Made by a program: the position numbers and the translations under genes
Notes under the pieces: model-generated
Databases searched by the model: none
Told to the model about the DNA's origin: nothing
The model's input: the letters and a program-made list of their open reading frames with translations, nothing else
Assembly (NCBI GenBank): GCA_013239625.1
Contig: MU054001.1
Span: 3,168,151-3,232,150, forward strand
DNA from: Lama guanicoe
Taxonomy: Eukaryota
Length of the DNA: 64,000 nucleotides
Reading direction: 5' to 3'
Part shown: in pieces, positions 1 through 13,167 of the stretch
Numbering within the stretch: position 1 is the first letter of the stretch
How the letters are laid out: each line of letters starts with the position of its first letter

Positions 1-1284
1 AAATTTACATCAAAGCAACTGTATTAGGGGTACATAAATTTTAGGACATTAAAGGGCCACCCACAGGGAGAAATGGGGCAATGTAATGAATCTACATTCA
101 TCCAAACATCTCTCTCCCAACTAAAAACTCAGCACAGGTTGTAGCCAAAAAAAACCAAACCAAAACAAAACAAAACCAAATAAACAAAAACCCTGGAAAA
201 CAAAATTATGCATCAGTGTTTTACTTACACAGTATTATCAAATACATTTTAGGATGCTTTTTGAAAATGAAAGTAATTTTATTGTTTTTTCTCATTATAA
301 AAGGAATGCATCTTTTAAAAATATTTAGAGAATACACAAAGTTAAAAAAAAAAGCCAAGATTATCTATAATCTCACTACCCAGAGGCAACTCCACTAGTA
401 CTAGACTATATGAGATACTTATTTCCACCAACCCTCATTGACCCTGGATGGCCTCATCGTTCACTGTACTCTGCCAAAGTGGTAGGAGGTAAATATCGCA
501 CCCTTGTGTTAGTTTTTATTCCCTTGATTACCTGTGAGTATTGGTTATGTGTATTTCCTTTCCTACATTTTTCTGTACTTTTTTTCTTTTGACATGTTCA
601 TCTCTTATTGGTTTTTTAAAAGTTCTAAACCGAATTGAATTTGAATTTTCTAAATAGAAAATAAATTTGAATACCTCTCTATATTTATTTTTCTGAATCT
701 ATTTGAGTATTTCAATACTGCAAAATAGAGCTAGATAATCTTCCCTGATAGAGCTTTTCTGAGCTTGTGGAAATATTATTAGTTTTAATCTGCATAAGGA
801 TTGGACACATCACATATCGGGGTCTTCTCCCACTGTGGGGAGTTAGGTTCAGACATTCTTAACATACATGATCTCATTTAACTTTTGATGTGAAATTGTT
901 TATAATTGACAAAGAAAAAGACCGTAAGTTCGAGCTTTTATTAAGTGACTGATGCTGTGGGTACTAGATACAGCTTATTTTTTTTTTAATACTTTTAAGT
1001 GATGTTCAAAAAAATTTTAAGGCATCTAGTGACAGCTAAAGCTGTCATTCTATCTCCCTTGAAGATTTTTCAGGTCTGGAACATAAGACAGGATAAAAAT
1101 CAAAATAATAATCACTTTACTTTAATCTATACTTCAAAATTCTCAAATTGCTCTGAGTACTACTTTTACAGTTGATTTAATATCAGTCTTACAATAATGC
1201 CAGCATATTCATCATTACTTTTTTGAAAGGTAGGACAGATCAAAATTTTGAAACATCGCATGACTTTCTTGAATCACAGTGAAG

Positions 1285-1515
1285 AATAATAATAATAATA
1301 ATAAATGGCATTTAAGATTTAGTATGCCCTTTATTATGCAATAAATCAAGTACAGCATGCCATTTCACATTAAATCATAACAACCATATTCTACAGATGA
1401 GAAACATAAAGCTCAGAGAAGAGAAATGACTGCCCCAAGGTCACACAGCAAGTAGATGGTAGAGCCATGACTTCAACCTGGGCAGAGTCTAGAACCTGGT
1501 CCTTTGAGCAGCACT
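1285..1515 (-). mobile_element. MIR SINE
   Basis: Core acagatgagaaac..aagctcagag...ccaaggtcacacagc, with an (aat)n tail. Confidence 0.8.
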
Positions 1516-2181
1516 GATTAACTCCACTGGACAAATGGCAAATCAGTATTAGCTACAGAACCAAGGCCTAGGGATTAACTCTGACATAAACTTGGAACTT
1601 TACTATTTGCCTATTCTTATCACCAAAGATTTTTCTTATCTTAAAAGAGTTTCTCCAAGCAGCTCTAAGGCTAGGGTGGGGCTTGCTTATAACAGGGAGT
1701 CGATGAAAGAATGGCACGGTTCACCAGTCAGACTTTTCCCAATTATAAGCAATTTTAACTTTCCCTCGAATCTGTAATTAGAGGATTATTGCAAACTCAA
1801 TATATAGGTTACTGATTTTGAAGTATGCATGTAAGAATTCTGACAATAACTGAACAAAAGTCACATGCCTCAAAAATGTTTAAGAACCCACTGCTTAATT
1901 TTTGCACACGGAGATCTTCAAACAGTATAGAAGTGGTTCTTAGCATAGAAGTTTTCAGGAAAAAGATACTCTACACCAAAGTGTGTAGATGAAAGCTGTC
2001 TGATCTTTTAAACTCCGTTGCCTAAAACATCCCTTTGTGTTATAAAAATAAATGCAGACATTACAGAGAAGCATTGGCAGGGAACGCTCCCATATTTAAT
2101 GAATCCTGAAGACATAGTTCCCACTCCCAACCAGTGATTGAATTCTCATCTTCCCACTCCCAAGTTTAGACACTGGAGGTG

Positions 2182-2202
2182 GTGTGTGTGTGTGTGTGTG
2201 TG
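2182..2202. repeat. (GT)n microsatellite
   Basis: Directly visible. Confidence 0.95.
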
Positions 2203-3867
2203 TTTCTCCTTTTTTTCCCCTAAGAGAACAAAACACACTGCCTGATTGTTCTTCATGCAGACGCTCCTCTGATGGAGATATATCCTGGATAATACAGTCG
2301 AGACTTTCCCAGAGGCAGTAAAATACTGCAGATAGCCTCTCACCGTCCCTTAATTTTATTTAAAACTGGACCTGGAAAACACCTTAGAAGTAATTGAAAT
2401 CCAACACCCCATTTTTCTACACAGATGAGGAAACTATGGTCCCCAGAGTCTTAAAAACTTGCCAAAATCACACATCTCACTGCAGGGAGGCCACGATTCC
2501 AACTCAGCTCTTGATCTGCCTCTCAACGTCCCCCCCGACCAGAGCACTTAGACCGGCCAGCATCTAGGCAGTGTCTCCGGAACACCAACATCTGGACAGA
2601 AGGGATGGGGCGAGTCAAGAAGTCAAATCCTCTGAGACCCAGCAAGGCGGAGAGGCAAGACCCAGCTGCTCGCTGTCCCGTCCTGCGGTCAACAGTTTTC
2701 ATGCATCCCACTTCGGTCTGCAGCTGCAAGTGTACAGGGACTTTATAAATTTACCAGTTCAAGAGCAAACAAGTCTTGGCTAGGGTAGAGAACAGTCTGA
2801 TGGTACACCAAGCACACCTCCAAGAAAACCACAAAAGCCGGCTCGAGCAGGGCATCGTCCACAGGCACCCCATATCCTCTCAGTCTTGCACTCGAAAACA
2901 GCATGAACCCAGCTGGGGTGGGGTGCAATTTCTGGGCATCTTTCTTAAACAGCAAAATTGGAACCAACTGGAAACGGGGTAGGGGAAGGGCCCAAGCTTT
3001 TTTTTTTTTTTTTTCCCTTTTCTTTTCAAGAGGTCAAAAGCCAACAATCTGACACTTATAAAAGTGTCAGCCCGAAGAGGGAAGTCTTGGAGGACACGCT
3101 AGCTCGCCCAGCATGTATCAGAAACCGAGATTCAACACCACGCTCTCTTTCTCTCCCTTCCAACAGCCTCTGTTGCTCGTGGCAGATTTAATGGTGTGAT
3201 TTACAACACGGAGAGACCTTTGTCAGGGCCAGTAAAATGACAAACAATAAATATATGGAGCAGTATGTTAACAGCCTGCCACACAATACCTTGTCAGTTA
3301 CAGCTTGATAGCGATACATTTTAATTTTGTCTTTCATAAAAATCTTGGCATGTATGCCTCATTTGAACACAGGCTTCCAAGTCAAGTGTGTCATCCAAGC
3401 ATGCAGTTTATCACCCTCTATATTTTCTGTCCTTTTCATTTAATGTCATTCCTATGGCAACAGACATCGCCCTGGAAATCATTTTCCAAACAGCTTATTT
3501 GTTGAAAGGGACTGGGTGAGGTTAAAATATGTGTTTGGCTGGGAAGAATGGCAGAGTGTGAATATGGCTTCGTTACATTAATCATATTCTTTGAGGACTT
3601 CGTGTAATCAGATACTTGAAGGAGGCGTACTGTGGGTTGGGATTTGACATCTCCACCCCACCCCCGCCTGGCTTTTTATGGGCTTAGCATTTCATAAGGA
3701 TAAAAATAAGAGAAGGAAACTTACCATGCACTGTGTGTAAAGGCATATACACGTATTTCTAATAGGGCCCAGTATATCCTCTTGTGGGGTAGTGTCAATG
3801 GGTGGATTGTAACCCCAGTGTTAACACCGAGCTGCCATTACTCAGAAGCTGATTATGTAAGCCCGGA

Positions 3868-4900
3868 TTTATTCATTCAACATTTCTTCAGTGCATCTTT
3901 ACTGAGCAGCTACTATGTTATGGGCATTGTGCTGAGAACAATGGTGGATTAAGTAAACCGAGTCCCTGCTCCCAGGGAGGGAACAGGGTTAGAGTTTCGA
4001 CTCTGGTGGGGGAGACAGATCTTAAACAAGCAAACAAACAGATTGTCTAAGCTGAGTTCTCTAGAAACACCGTCTGAGATGAGGATTCTTGCAAAGGTGA
4101 TTTATTGAAGACTCCATAAAGGAGTCTAACAGAAGCCTTATAAGGCGGTGTGGACAGCAGAAAAGGGCAGGGGATGAAGCTAAACAAAGCTGAGTCCAGC
4201 CTCAGCTTGATCCCAGGAGAGCTTAAAGGTATGAATGGCCCCAAGAGTGACCCACTTTGAGACACTGCCCTGGACCTGGGCTTTTGGACTCAGTGATGAG
4301 TCAGTCACTGGTTGCCCACTGCCTTATGGAATCAGTGTCCACTGTCGTGACCTCCTAGGCGTCCCTGGGCAGCATGGATCCTTGCTGACCATCAGTGTCC
4401 CTTGGGAAGAGGGAGTAGCTGGGAGTCATTAGCAGACAACACTCACAGTGACTAGAGAGTTGGTCCCCAGCCAGGCATGAGGAGCTGGTCAGGGTACCTG
4501 GTTTCTACTACATGCAGAAATAGAGTCTTTTAAGTTGGTAGTAATGCCATGAAGAAAAAGAGGAATGGAAGACGGACAGGTCACAAAATGCTTCTTCAGA
4601 GAGGACCTCTGAACTGAAACCCAAATGACAAGTGGAACCAGCATCGTGAGGATATGGGACACCACCTTCCTAGGGACATGAAACAGCAAGGGCAAATAAC
4701 CCAGGGGTGGGTTTTTTTAAAGGGTGACAGTTTAAGGTACTTAAGGAACAAAAAGAGAGCCCAGGTGGTCCAAGTACCATAAACAAAGGAGCGGGTGGTA
4801 GAGGAGAAGGTGAAAGAAACAGGCAGGGGGTCAGGGACACAGGGTGTGGCGGGCCAGGAGAAGGGCTTTGGATTTTATTCTGAGGTCAGAGGAGAGCCTA
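3868..4900 (-). mobile_element. L2 3' region interrupted by an LTR16-like LTR
   Basis: attcattcaac...tttactgagcagctactatg...ggggagacag; resumes ~4540 and runs to gggctttggattttattctgag. Confidence 0.7.
4044..4512 (-). mobile_element. ERVL LTR16-like solo LTR
   Basis: tgtctaagctgagttctctagaaacaccgtctgagatgaggattcttgcaaaggtgatttattg resembles an antisense LTR16 3' end. Confidence 0.6.
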
Positions 4901-5314
4901 CCTCACTATTCAGCCAACCAACATCTGATATCCCAGTCTAAACATTAAACCACCAGCCCACATTCAGCCCCTCCTAGCACCAGGCTAGAGGCTTTGAGAT
5001 ACTAAGCACTGGGTGAGTGTGGTGTGCACAGGATGCTGCCCGTTTCACCATGGAGACAGGTCCTGCTGGATGGTCTGGTTCTGACCCTCAGAGGAAGCAC
5101 ACTCACATGAATTGGAAGAGCAGCTGCAAACACCAGCTCTTCCTGCACTAAGACCGCCTTCCTGTTGGTTCATGCGGCAGCCTGTGGTTTTCTCAAGCTT
5201 TGTCATGGATGACCTGTAGTTTTGATGGAAATCTGAAGCTTTCAGGAACACATTTCCCCCAGATTAGAACCCAGTGCATTTTCCTACTAGGGCAACATTC
5301 TACAGGGTGGATAG

Positions 5315-5472
5315 CCCTGCAGAACTCAGCTGCCCAGATTGTGATTCATGGCCATTCTATTTAGAAATGCAGGACCACGGGCCCCATCGCAGGCCCACTG
5401 AATCGGGATCTGCTATTTAACCAGGCCCCCAGGTGATTTGCGTGCACATTCAAAGTTTGCTGAACTCTGTTG
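5315..5472. mobile_element. MER5-type hAT-Charlie MITE
   Basis: ttagaaatgcagg...gggcccc...ctgaatcgggatctgc...ccccaggtgattt...cacattcaaagtttg. Confidence 0.7.
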
Positions 5473-5799
5473 TAAAAGTTGTTTCTACAGGAAAATGTGT
5501 CCTGAAGTTTAATAAGTCACTTATTAAACTCCAGAACATACAACCAATGCGTAAAAAAAGTGTTGAACTTTATGACATAATTGGAAAAGAGAAAAACATG
5601 TACTAATCCTTTGCACAATCATTGTCACTGGTGTGGACATCAGGAAGAGGCCTGGATTCCCAACAAGACTGAAGAGAGACCCCAAAAGGAAAGGGATTTG
5701 GAGAAGGAAGGAGTGAGGAAGGTAGCTTTGATGGAGAGTTTCACAGAAAAGGAGACGTCAGCATTAGTCTAGGTTTGTCTGAAAATATTTCTACGAGGT

Positions 5800-5950
5800 A
5801 AGACTTCCAGAATGGTAGAAATCCAGAAATCTACTCTTTCATAAAAACAATGAGAATGCAGGCAAAATGATCAAAATCAACTTTTTCAGAGCTCTGGAAA
5901 TTCATCAAAAGCTTGCAACAATCCAAGAAGTATTTATTCAAGAAAACGTT
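5800..5950 (+). mobile_element. Old L1M 5'-end fragment
   Basis: gacttccagaatgg...aaaatcaactttttcagagctctggaaatt...aaaagcttgcaacaatccaag. Confidence 0.55.
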
Positions 5951-6392
5951 AGCTTTACAAGATGATCATAGGTATTACCCCCAAGAAGATTCTGTGGTCA
6001 AATGGAAAACATTGGATGTGAGAAAGTTAAACAGGTTTCTCTCAGCAGGACTGTTCAGAGCCTGTAATGTGCCAAATGCGCAGTGTATATAGTATGCAGT
6101 TTTCCCCCAGACTTAATTGACCACAGATCCCTTCTGTTGTGAGCTATTTTGTGGATTTAAATCCTAAGAAATACACTTTGGGAAATACTAGGTAAGACTT
6201 TGAGGTGAGATCCGAGAAAAAAGCAAGAGTTCTGGACACTGGAGGAGAGGGTGAGTATAGTGTGCACAGAATCCCCTGAAAGCCCTGTTATTTTTCTGGA
6301 AGGTGTTTAGAAAGGAAACTAGTTCAAAAGTAAAGTAGTAAAAATTGGGGTGTCGAAGGTTGGATGGAGTAATTCAGGATAAAGAAGAATTT

Positions 6393-6740
6393 TTTTAAAT
6401 AACTTATCTTTTAATTTATTATTTTTTTAATTGAAGTATAGTCAGTTACAGTGTGTCAGTTTCTGGTGAACAGCATAATGTCCCAGTCATGCATATATAT
6501 ACATATATTCATTTTCACGTTATGTTTCATTAATGATTTTTACAAGATATTAAATATAGTTCCTCTGCCACACAGAAGAGATTAATTTTTTAATCTATTT
6601 TTATATATAGAGGTTAACATATGCAAATCTCATACTCCCAAATTTATCCCTTTCCACCCCCTTTCTCACAGTAACCATAAGATTATTTACTAATGTCTGT
6701 GAGTCTGTTTCTGTTTTGTAGATGAGTTCATTAGTGTCCT
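6393..6740 (-). mobile_element. Lineage-specific L1 3' fragment with a 17-bp TSD, inserted in an older L1M
   Basis: The exact direct repeat aggataaagaagaattt at 6376-6392 and 6741-6757 flanks a T-rich tail plus L1 3'UTR-like sequence (ttaattgaagtatagtcagttacagtgtgtc...). Confidence 0.88.
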
Positions 6741-7427
6741 AGGATAAAGAAGAATTTCTTAAACAAGTTACACAAAGCACAGACCATCAAAGATTGATTA
6801 TTATGATGTCATCAGAATTAAAACTTCTGTAGAACAACAAGAAAAATCATTAGAAATAAACTTCTGTAGAATGAAAAATAAAGTGAAGAGACAAGCCAGC
6901 GACTACGAGAAGATGTTTGCAATACATGTAACCAACAAGGGTTCATATCCAGAAAATATCAAGAGCAACAGATATTAACTGGATAATATTGAAGGGTAAA
7001 CACAGAAGGAAATGTAGATGATCAGAAAATATGTAAAAAGGTGCTCAACTTCTAGAACTATCCAGGAAATACAAATCAAATTAAAATCATCATGAATTCG
7101 ACAAATATTCTAATCCCTGACAACACCAAGCACCAATGGAAAGTTAGAGCATGGCAACTCTCATATATCACTAATAGGGGTATAAACTGGGATAACCATT
7201 TTGGAGAGTGATTTAGCAAAATTTAGAAAAGTTGAAGACATGCCTACACCGTAGAGAAACTCCCACTTGTATGCACAAGGAGACAGATCCAGGAGAGTTT
7301 GTTTCAGCATTGTTTGTGAAAGCAACCTAAATGGCCATTAGCAGAACAATAGATAAATATATTGTTGCATATTCACATGATGGAATATTATATAATAGTT
7401 AAAAATGAATAAAGGTTGTAGGTATTA

Positions 7428-7538
7428 AATAGATAAACAACAAGGTCCTACTATATAGCACAGGGAACATATTAAATACCCCATCATGGCCTATAATGAA
7501 AAAGAATATGAAAAGAAATATATATATATATATATAAA
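7428..7538 (+). mobile_element. Short artiodactyl-type L1 3' fragment
   Basis: atagataaacaacaaggtcctactatatagcacagggaac...aaagaatatgaaaaagaa(ta)n; the reverse complement of this family is at 62415-62604. Confidence 0.75.
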
Positions 7539-7594
7539 AGGGTACAGGTGTTAACATTGATAAATCCTAATAGGACACATAGAGTATGAAACCA

Positions 7595-8146
7595 TTTACT
7601 TATTTATTTATTTAATTTTTTATTGATTTATAATCATTTTACATTGTGTCAAATTCCAGTGTAAAGCACAATTTTTCAGGCATACATGAACATATATTCA
7701 TTGAGACATTTTTTTCTCTGTGAGCTACCATATGATCTTGTGTATATTTCCCTGTGCTATACAGTATAATCTTGTTTATCTATTCTACAATTTTGAAATC
7801 CTGTCTATCCCTCCCCACTCTCTGCCCCCTTGGCAACCACAAGTTTGTATTCTATGTCTATGAGTCTATTTCTGTTTTGTATTTATGCTTTGTTTTTGTT
7901 GTTTTTTTTTTTAGATTCCACATATGAGTGATCTCATATGGTATTTTTCTTTCTCTTTCTGGCTTACTTCACTTAGAATGACATTCTCCAGGTGCATCCA
8001 TGTTGCTGCAAATGGCATTATGTTGTCAAGTTTTTATGGTAGTATTCCATTGTATAAATATACCACATCTTCTTTATCCAGTCATCCATTGATGGACATT
8101 TAGGCTGTTTCTATGTTTTGGCTATTGTAAATAGTGCTGCTATGAA
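7595..8146 (-). mobile_element. Young camelid-type L1 3' end
   Basis: (ttta)n tail, then ttttattgatttataatcattttaca...catccatgttgctgcaaatggcatt...ggctattgtaaatagtgctgctatgaa. Confidence 0.88.
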
Positions 8147-8453
8147 ATAACATTTATTAAAAAGTTTTTAAAAATGCAAACATATATTTCATATCACTTA
8201 TTGGATCCTTTTCAGATGCTAAAAATATGCATGGACATGATGCATACAAATTTATCATGATGGTGACCTCTACGGAGAGAGGGTAATGGGGCGGGGGAGG
8301 GATACACAGGGACTACATCTCTGTCTATAACTTTGTTACTTTACAAAAAGACATATGAAGCAGATACGGAAAAAGGTTTAAATTTGATCAGGCTATGTAT
8401 GGATGAGTAGGGGTTTGCAATATTATTCTCTCTTTTTTTCTGTATATAATACT

Positions 8454-8913
8454 TGTTATGGGTTGAATTATGTCCCTCCAAAATTCATATGTTGAAGTCC
8501 TAACCCCTAATTACCCCAGAATATAACCTTATGGAAATAAATTCGTTAAAGGTCTAATTAGTTAAGATGAGATCATGGTGGAGTAGGATGGGTCCCCTGA
8601 TCCAATATGACTGGTGTTCTTATTAAAAAAAAAAAAGAACTGTGAACATAGACCTGAGTGAAAGTATAGCACCATATCAACACTAAGGCAGACATCAGAG
8701 TGATGTATCTACAAGCCCCAAACTCCAAAGCTTGCCAGTAAACCACCAGAAGCTGGAGGAGAGGCATGCAACAGGTCCTTCCTCAGAAGGAACTGACCCC
8801 AGTGATACCTTGGTTTCAGACTTCTCATTTCCAGAACTGTGAGACAGCACATTTCTGTTGCTGAAGCCACCATTAGTGGTAATTTGTTATAGCAGCTCTA
8901 GCAAATTAATACA
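8454..8913 (+). mobile_element. MaLR MLT1B/C solo LTR
   Basis: TG...CA ends; tgttatgggttgaattatgtccctccaaaattcatatgttgaagtcctaaccc...ccagaactgtgagac...gcagctctagcaaattaataca. Confidence 0.88.
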
Positions 8914-9205
8914 AATTTTATAATAAAAGACAGCTCTGAGCAGAGATACAGTCTTCAAACAGGAATCACTTTGAGTTCTTGAACAGAAAAGAGAAAGGGC
9001 AGAGTGCTAGGAGTAAACTTCCTAACTGGCGCTATAAAGGATTCAAGGGGATGTGAGACCAGACCCAAAGTCGATGAGGGGCTGCTGGGGCAAGGCACGT
9101 GCTGGGCCCCATTGAGGTGATGCTGTAGGGAACAGAGGGAAAGGACAGAGCCATAGGATACATCATGAATGCCATCCACCTTGGCCTCAGAGCCAGGCTA
9201 GGGAA

Positions 9206-9465
9206 GGCAGAACATAGTAATGCTTAAAACAATGGGTTCTAGAGTCAGCCACTAATGGGCTTGAATCCCATTTGTCCCTAACTAGTTCAATGACCTTGAC
9301 AGATTATATAACCATTTTGCCTCAATCTATCCATCTATTCTGTAAACATCATGTAAACATCGCACTTCTGTCATAGGATGGATGTGAGGATTAAATGAAA
9401 TAATGCAGTTAAAATACTTAATTAATACATGGCATGTATTAAGTATATTATGAATATTAGATATC
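9206..9465 (+). mobile_element. MIR SINE
   Basis: gggcttgaatccca...tgaccttgac...gtgaggattaaatgaaataatgca. Confidence 0.75.
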
Positions 9466-9677
9466 ACATTGTAGTACCACTCATGTCCCCATCAGACAAG
9501 CTGAAACCACTCCAGGTATCTCGAATAGTGGGAACCTAATACGAGGGATTGGTTTTACAGATAAATGTAAGGTCTTGGAAAACACTAGGAGATGGGTGAA
9601 GCAGCCTAGAGATTAGCAGCTACAATAAGCTGGTGTTATTATACACAGAATGTGAGGGACAACATGGAAAAGAGGTG

Positions 9678-10138
9678 GTACTCATTTCCTAGGGCTGCCT
9701 TAACAAATTACCATAACCTAGGTGGCGTAAAACAACAAAAGTTTACTCTTCCACACTTCTGAAAGCTAGAAGTTCAAAATCAAGGTGGCAGCCAAGTTGG
9801 TTCCCTCTGAGGGCTTTGAGGGAGAATCTGTTTCATGCCTCCTCCCTGATAGCTTCTGGTGATGGTCAGCAGTCCTTGGCATTCCTTGGCTTGCAGATAC
9901 ATCGCTCCAATTTCTCTGCCTCCACCTTCACGTGGCTTCTCACTCCACGTCTCTGTCCTCTCCTCTTCTTACAAGGACATGAGCCACACTGGATGAAGAC
10001 CCACCCTATCCCAGTATGACCTCATTTTTAACTAATTCCACCTACAAAGACCTTACTTCCAAATGAGATCACAATCAAAGATACTGGAGGTTAAGACTTA
10101 GCTATATATTTTGGGGGAATACAATTCAACCCACAACA
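9678..10138 (-). mobile_element. MaLR MLT1B/C solo LTR, nested in an older LTR (~9470-10440)
   Basis: tttcctagggctgccttaacaaattacca...gggggaatacaattcaacccacaaca. Confidence 0.85.
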
Positions 10139-11038
10139 GTTATGTTCTCAGTAGTAAGTCAAGGCCATTCAGGGTGGGCTAGAATGTTGGCTGATACTAT
10201 TGAGCCAAAGAGGGAAGGACCATAGCATGAGAGATGCAGCCACAGACTCTGCCCAGCTATTGCTATAGCACCAGAGGCAGAAAGAGACAGGGAAAAATAT
10301 CCCTGCTGCTCCCTTCCTTCTGCCCTCCCATCTCTCACTAGTGCCTCCTATTGGCCAAAACAGCTGGAAAGGAGCTGATGCAAGAGCCTGGGAACTTTAT
10401 CCTGCAAAAGTCAGCCATTCCTTTCCCCCGATCCAAAGCACGAGGCCAGAGGTTGGACAATGTCAGTAGTAACTGGTGAAAGTTTTTCAAGGCCTGGGTG
10501 GACCTAGTCACCACGGCTGGGATGAGAGGGAGGGGTGAGAGGATTCTGAAGTGTTGACAATGAATATCCAACAAGAGAGAAGAACAAGATGAGCACGATC
10601 TCTGCCCAAGGAGATGTTGGTCTAGTGGACGAGAAAGATACTTTATTTTATTTATAAAAGCTTAAAATTCAAACTTACGTAAGTGCTATGACAGGTAAGG
10701 AGAGTGAATGATGAGAACAGCCATGGCTATTAAAGTTAAAGTGAGGGTTTAGGGAGGCCCTCCTTGAAGAAATGACATTTAAGCTGAGCATTTCATAGGT
10801 TCTTTGGATCCACTCAGTTCTCCTTCCTTTGTAGAACTGGCATCTCTCACGTCCTGTGATCCTCGAGGGGCTGCTTGTCCCAGGTCCAGTGGGACATCAC
10901 ATGACACAACCCAGGCCAATCAGACTCTTCCTCCCTGGAAGTTGAGTTTAAATTAAACACACAAGAACGGCAGCACTAGAGGTTGAGCTCTCTGATGGCG
11001 ATGCCCAAGAACTGTCTAGGAAACTGCCCCAGAGAAGC

Positions 11039-11636
11039 TGTGACATATTCTATTTTCCAAAGATTGCTGTAGTAGTTTCTCCCATCCCACCTGGTCTTCT
11101 TATAATAGGACCTTGGTTCTGTTCCCTTTGAGATATAGGTCTGTGCTCTCTCCACTTGAATCAAAGCGGCCTTATGACTGGTGGAAATGATGCTCTGTGA
11201 CTTCTGAGGCTATGTCCCAAAGGGCAATAATACAACATCCAGCTGGCTCTCTTGGGATCCTTGGAACCGAGCCACCACGGAGCCTAGATATCTGCTTTCC
11301 ATAACCCTCTGTGTTCCAGGCTCATTGCAATGAGGCCAGTACCAAAAGCTTCACCACACTGGAAAGAAGCTCAAGATCCCACGGAGAGAAACCAAGGCTC
11401 CCAGCTCCCTGCTGCCGGTGACCTCCCAGCTGACAGCCATGTGAGTGAGCCACATTGAAAGTGGCTCCTCCAGCCCCCATCTGGGCCATGCCAGCTGATA
11501 CTTCATTGAACAGAGACTCTTTGTCCCCTCTGATTCCTGCCCAAGTTGAAGATTCATAAGCAAAATAAATGATTGTTGTTGTTTTGTGCCATCAAGCTTT
11601 GGAGCAGCTTATTACCCAGCAATGAATCTTGGAACA
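11039..11636 (+). mobile_element. MaLR MLT1E/F-like LTR, nested in an older MLT1 (~10790-11785) that lies within an L2
   Basis: tgtgac...ctctgtgacttctgaggct...ccagccatgtgagtgagcc...gcaaaataaatgattgttgttg...cagcaatgaatcttggaaca. Confidence 0.75.
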
Positions 11637-12066
11637 GCAGTCTTGACTTTCCTGTCTTCCATGGCCTGCCTCTTTGGCTCTTTTCAATTTTATAAGCTAC
11701 TTAGTATTCTTTTGATTAATTTTTTCTAACCTAGATTAACCAAAATCTGTTCCTTTTTCATGTAAACAAAGAGCCTTGGCAGATAGCCCTGGAGAAGGAC
11801 AGTAGACAAACATCAACGAAGAGGTAACAGTGGGCTCTTGTTCAGGTAAGAGCCTGGGACCTTGAAAGGGATTAGAACAGTTGGTGAGGCTGGAGTGTAG
11901 TGAGCGAAGGGGCACATGGGGCTCGGAGTGAGGATGAGAGGGAGCAAAACGGTACGGATCATGTCCCAAGCCTCAGCGAGGTATGTCATACATAACGTCT
12001 CACTCAGCTGCATATCAGATTGTTGAGTAAGAAGTAAGTCCTAGTTTTAAGCAACTCCTCACTTCT

Positions 12067-12108
12067 ACACAAACACACAAACACACACACACGCACACAC
12101 ACACACAC
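12067..12108. repeat. Imperfect (CA)n microsatellite
   Basis: Directly visible. Confidence 0.9.
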
Positions 12109-13149
12109 GATACCCTGTTTAAGGGAAAACAAAATTGAGACTCAAAGACCACTATTTAACACTGACCTGGAACTTGACCTAGCTCTATTTTTCTCCAAAG
12201 CTTGACCCAGTAGAAGATTTACAACTTAAGAGAGCAGAGTGTCAGGAGATTGATATGGGGGACACGCACGGACGACTAAACAGCCCGGTTGGAAAGACTC
12301 AGTGACATTATGAAGCCATAAAACTCATTTTACAAAAAAAAAGGGGGGGGTAGGAGGAAGCATACAGACTTGGGATGTGGGTTGGATCCTGCCATGAGAT
12401 ATGTAGTCTTAGGGATTTCACTTGACCTCCCTCAGAGTCCATTTTCTCATCTCTGGAATAGCTGGAGAGGATACTCAAGTCTCTGTTGTAAGGTTTGATA
12501 ATGATACTTGTAAATTGGATGGTGTTTGATAGGTATCAAAATGTCACCAATAACACTAGATATTAAGAATTAATTATTTTTACCAGTTAGTCTTACCAAT
12601 GAGTGTTACTAGTAACACCCAAGGGTGCATAGCCAGAGACCCAAAAAAGTAGGAGAGGGTGAAGAAAAGCAGGAAAAAGGGAGGAAACAGAGTAGAATGG
12701 GAGAAAGGGATGCAAGGAAGAAGGAATTACTGGAGGGAGGGAACTGGGGAAGCAGGAACAAAGAAAATCAAATCTCACGCTGGGTGATTTTTAAGTCTCT
12801 ATGCAGAAAGCCAGTCCATAGCCTGAAGCAACTCCTGGTGCCACTGCCCCTGTAGGAGAGGTGCCAGCCACGTGCAGTCCAGCCCTGTGATCTTGTAATG
12901 GATCAGATATTCATGCTCAGGGGTTAGAACACCTGCAGCTCCTGTGAGAGCGGTCCCCAAACCATCCAATGCTCCTTTTGCCAAGACAGCAGGTCGTCAG
13001 CCCCCCTCTGAAGTGAATCCTCTTCAGGCAAGTGCCAACAGCTCACTGAATTCTTGGTCACCATGGGGTGACCTCCTAAGGTAGCCTTGCTGCTCTCTGA
13101 CCTTCATTCTTGGGGGAGCTGCAGAAGGAATTGGAGGTGGGCATGGAAG

Positions 13150-13167
13150 GGCGCCCCCTGCGGGCAG
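13150..13167 (-). promoter_or_regulatory. Candidate CTCF motif
   Basis: The reverse strand reads GCCCGCAGGGGGCGCC, one mismatch from the core CCASYAGRKGGCRS. Confidence 0.45.

Larger units (their letters stand above)
6741..8450 (+). mobile_element. Old L1M(E) ORF2-3'/3'UTR remnant, interrupted by younger L1 fragments
   Basis: Decayed L1 motifs: aaattaaaacttctg, gaagatgtttgcaatacatgtaaccaacaagg, atggaatattatataatagttaaaaatgaat. Confidence 0.7.

Noticed and set aside
9341..9361. TGTAAACATC twice, resembling the miR-30 5' end or tandem FOXO sites
   Set aside because: It is an 11-bp slippage duplication inside a MIR with no precursor hairpin.
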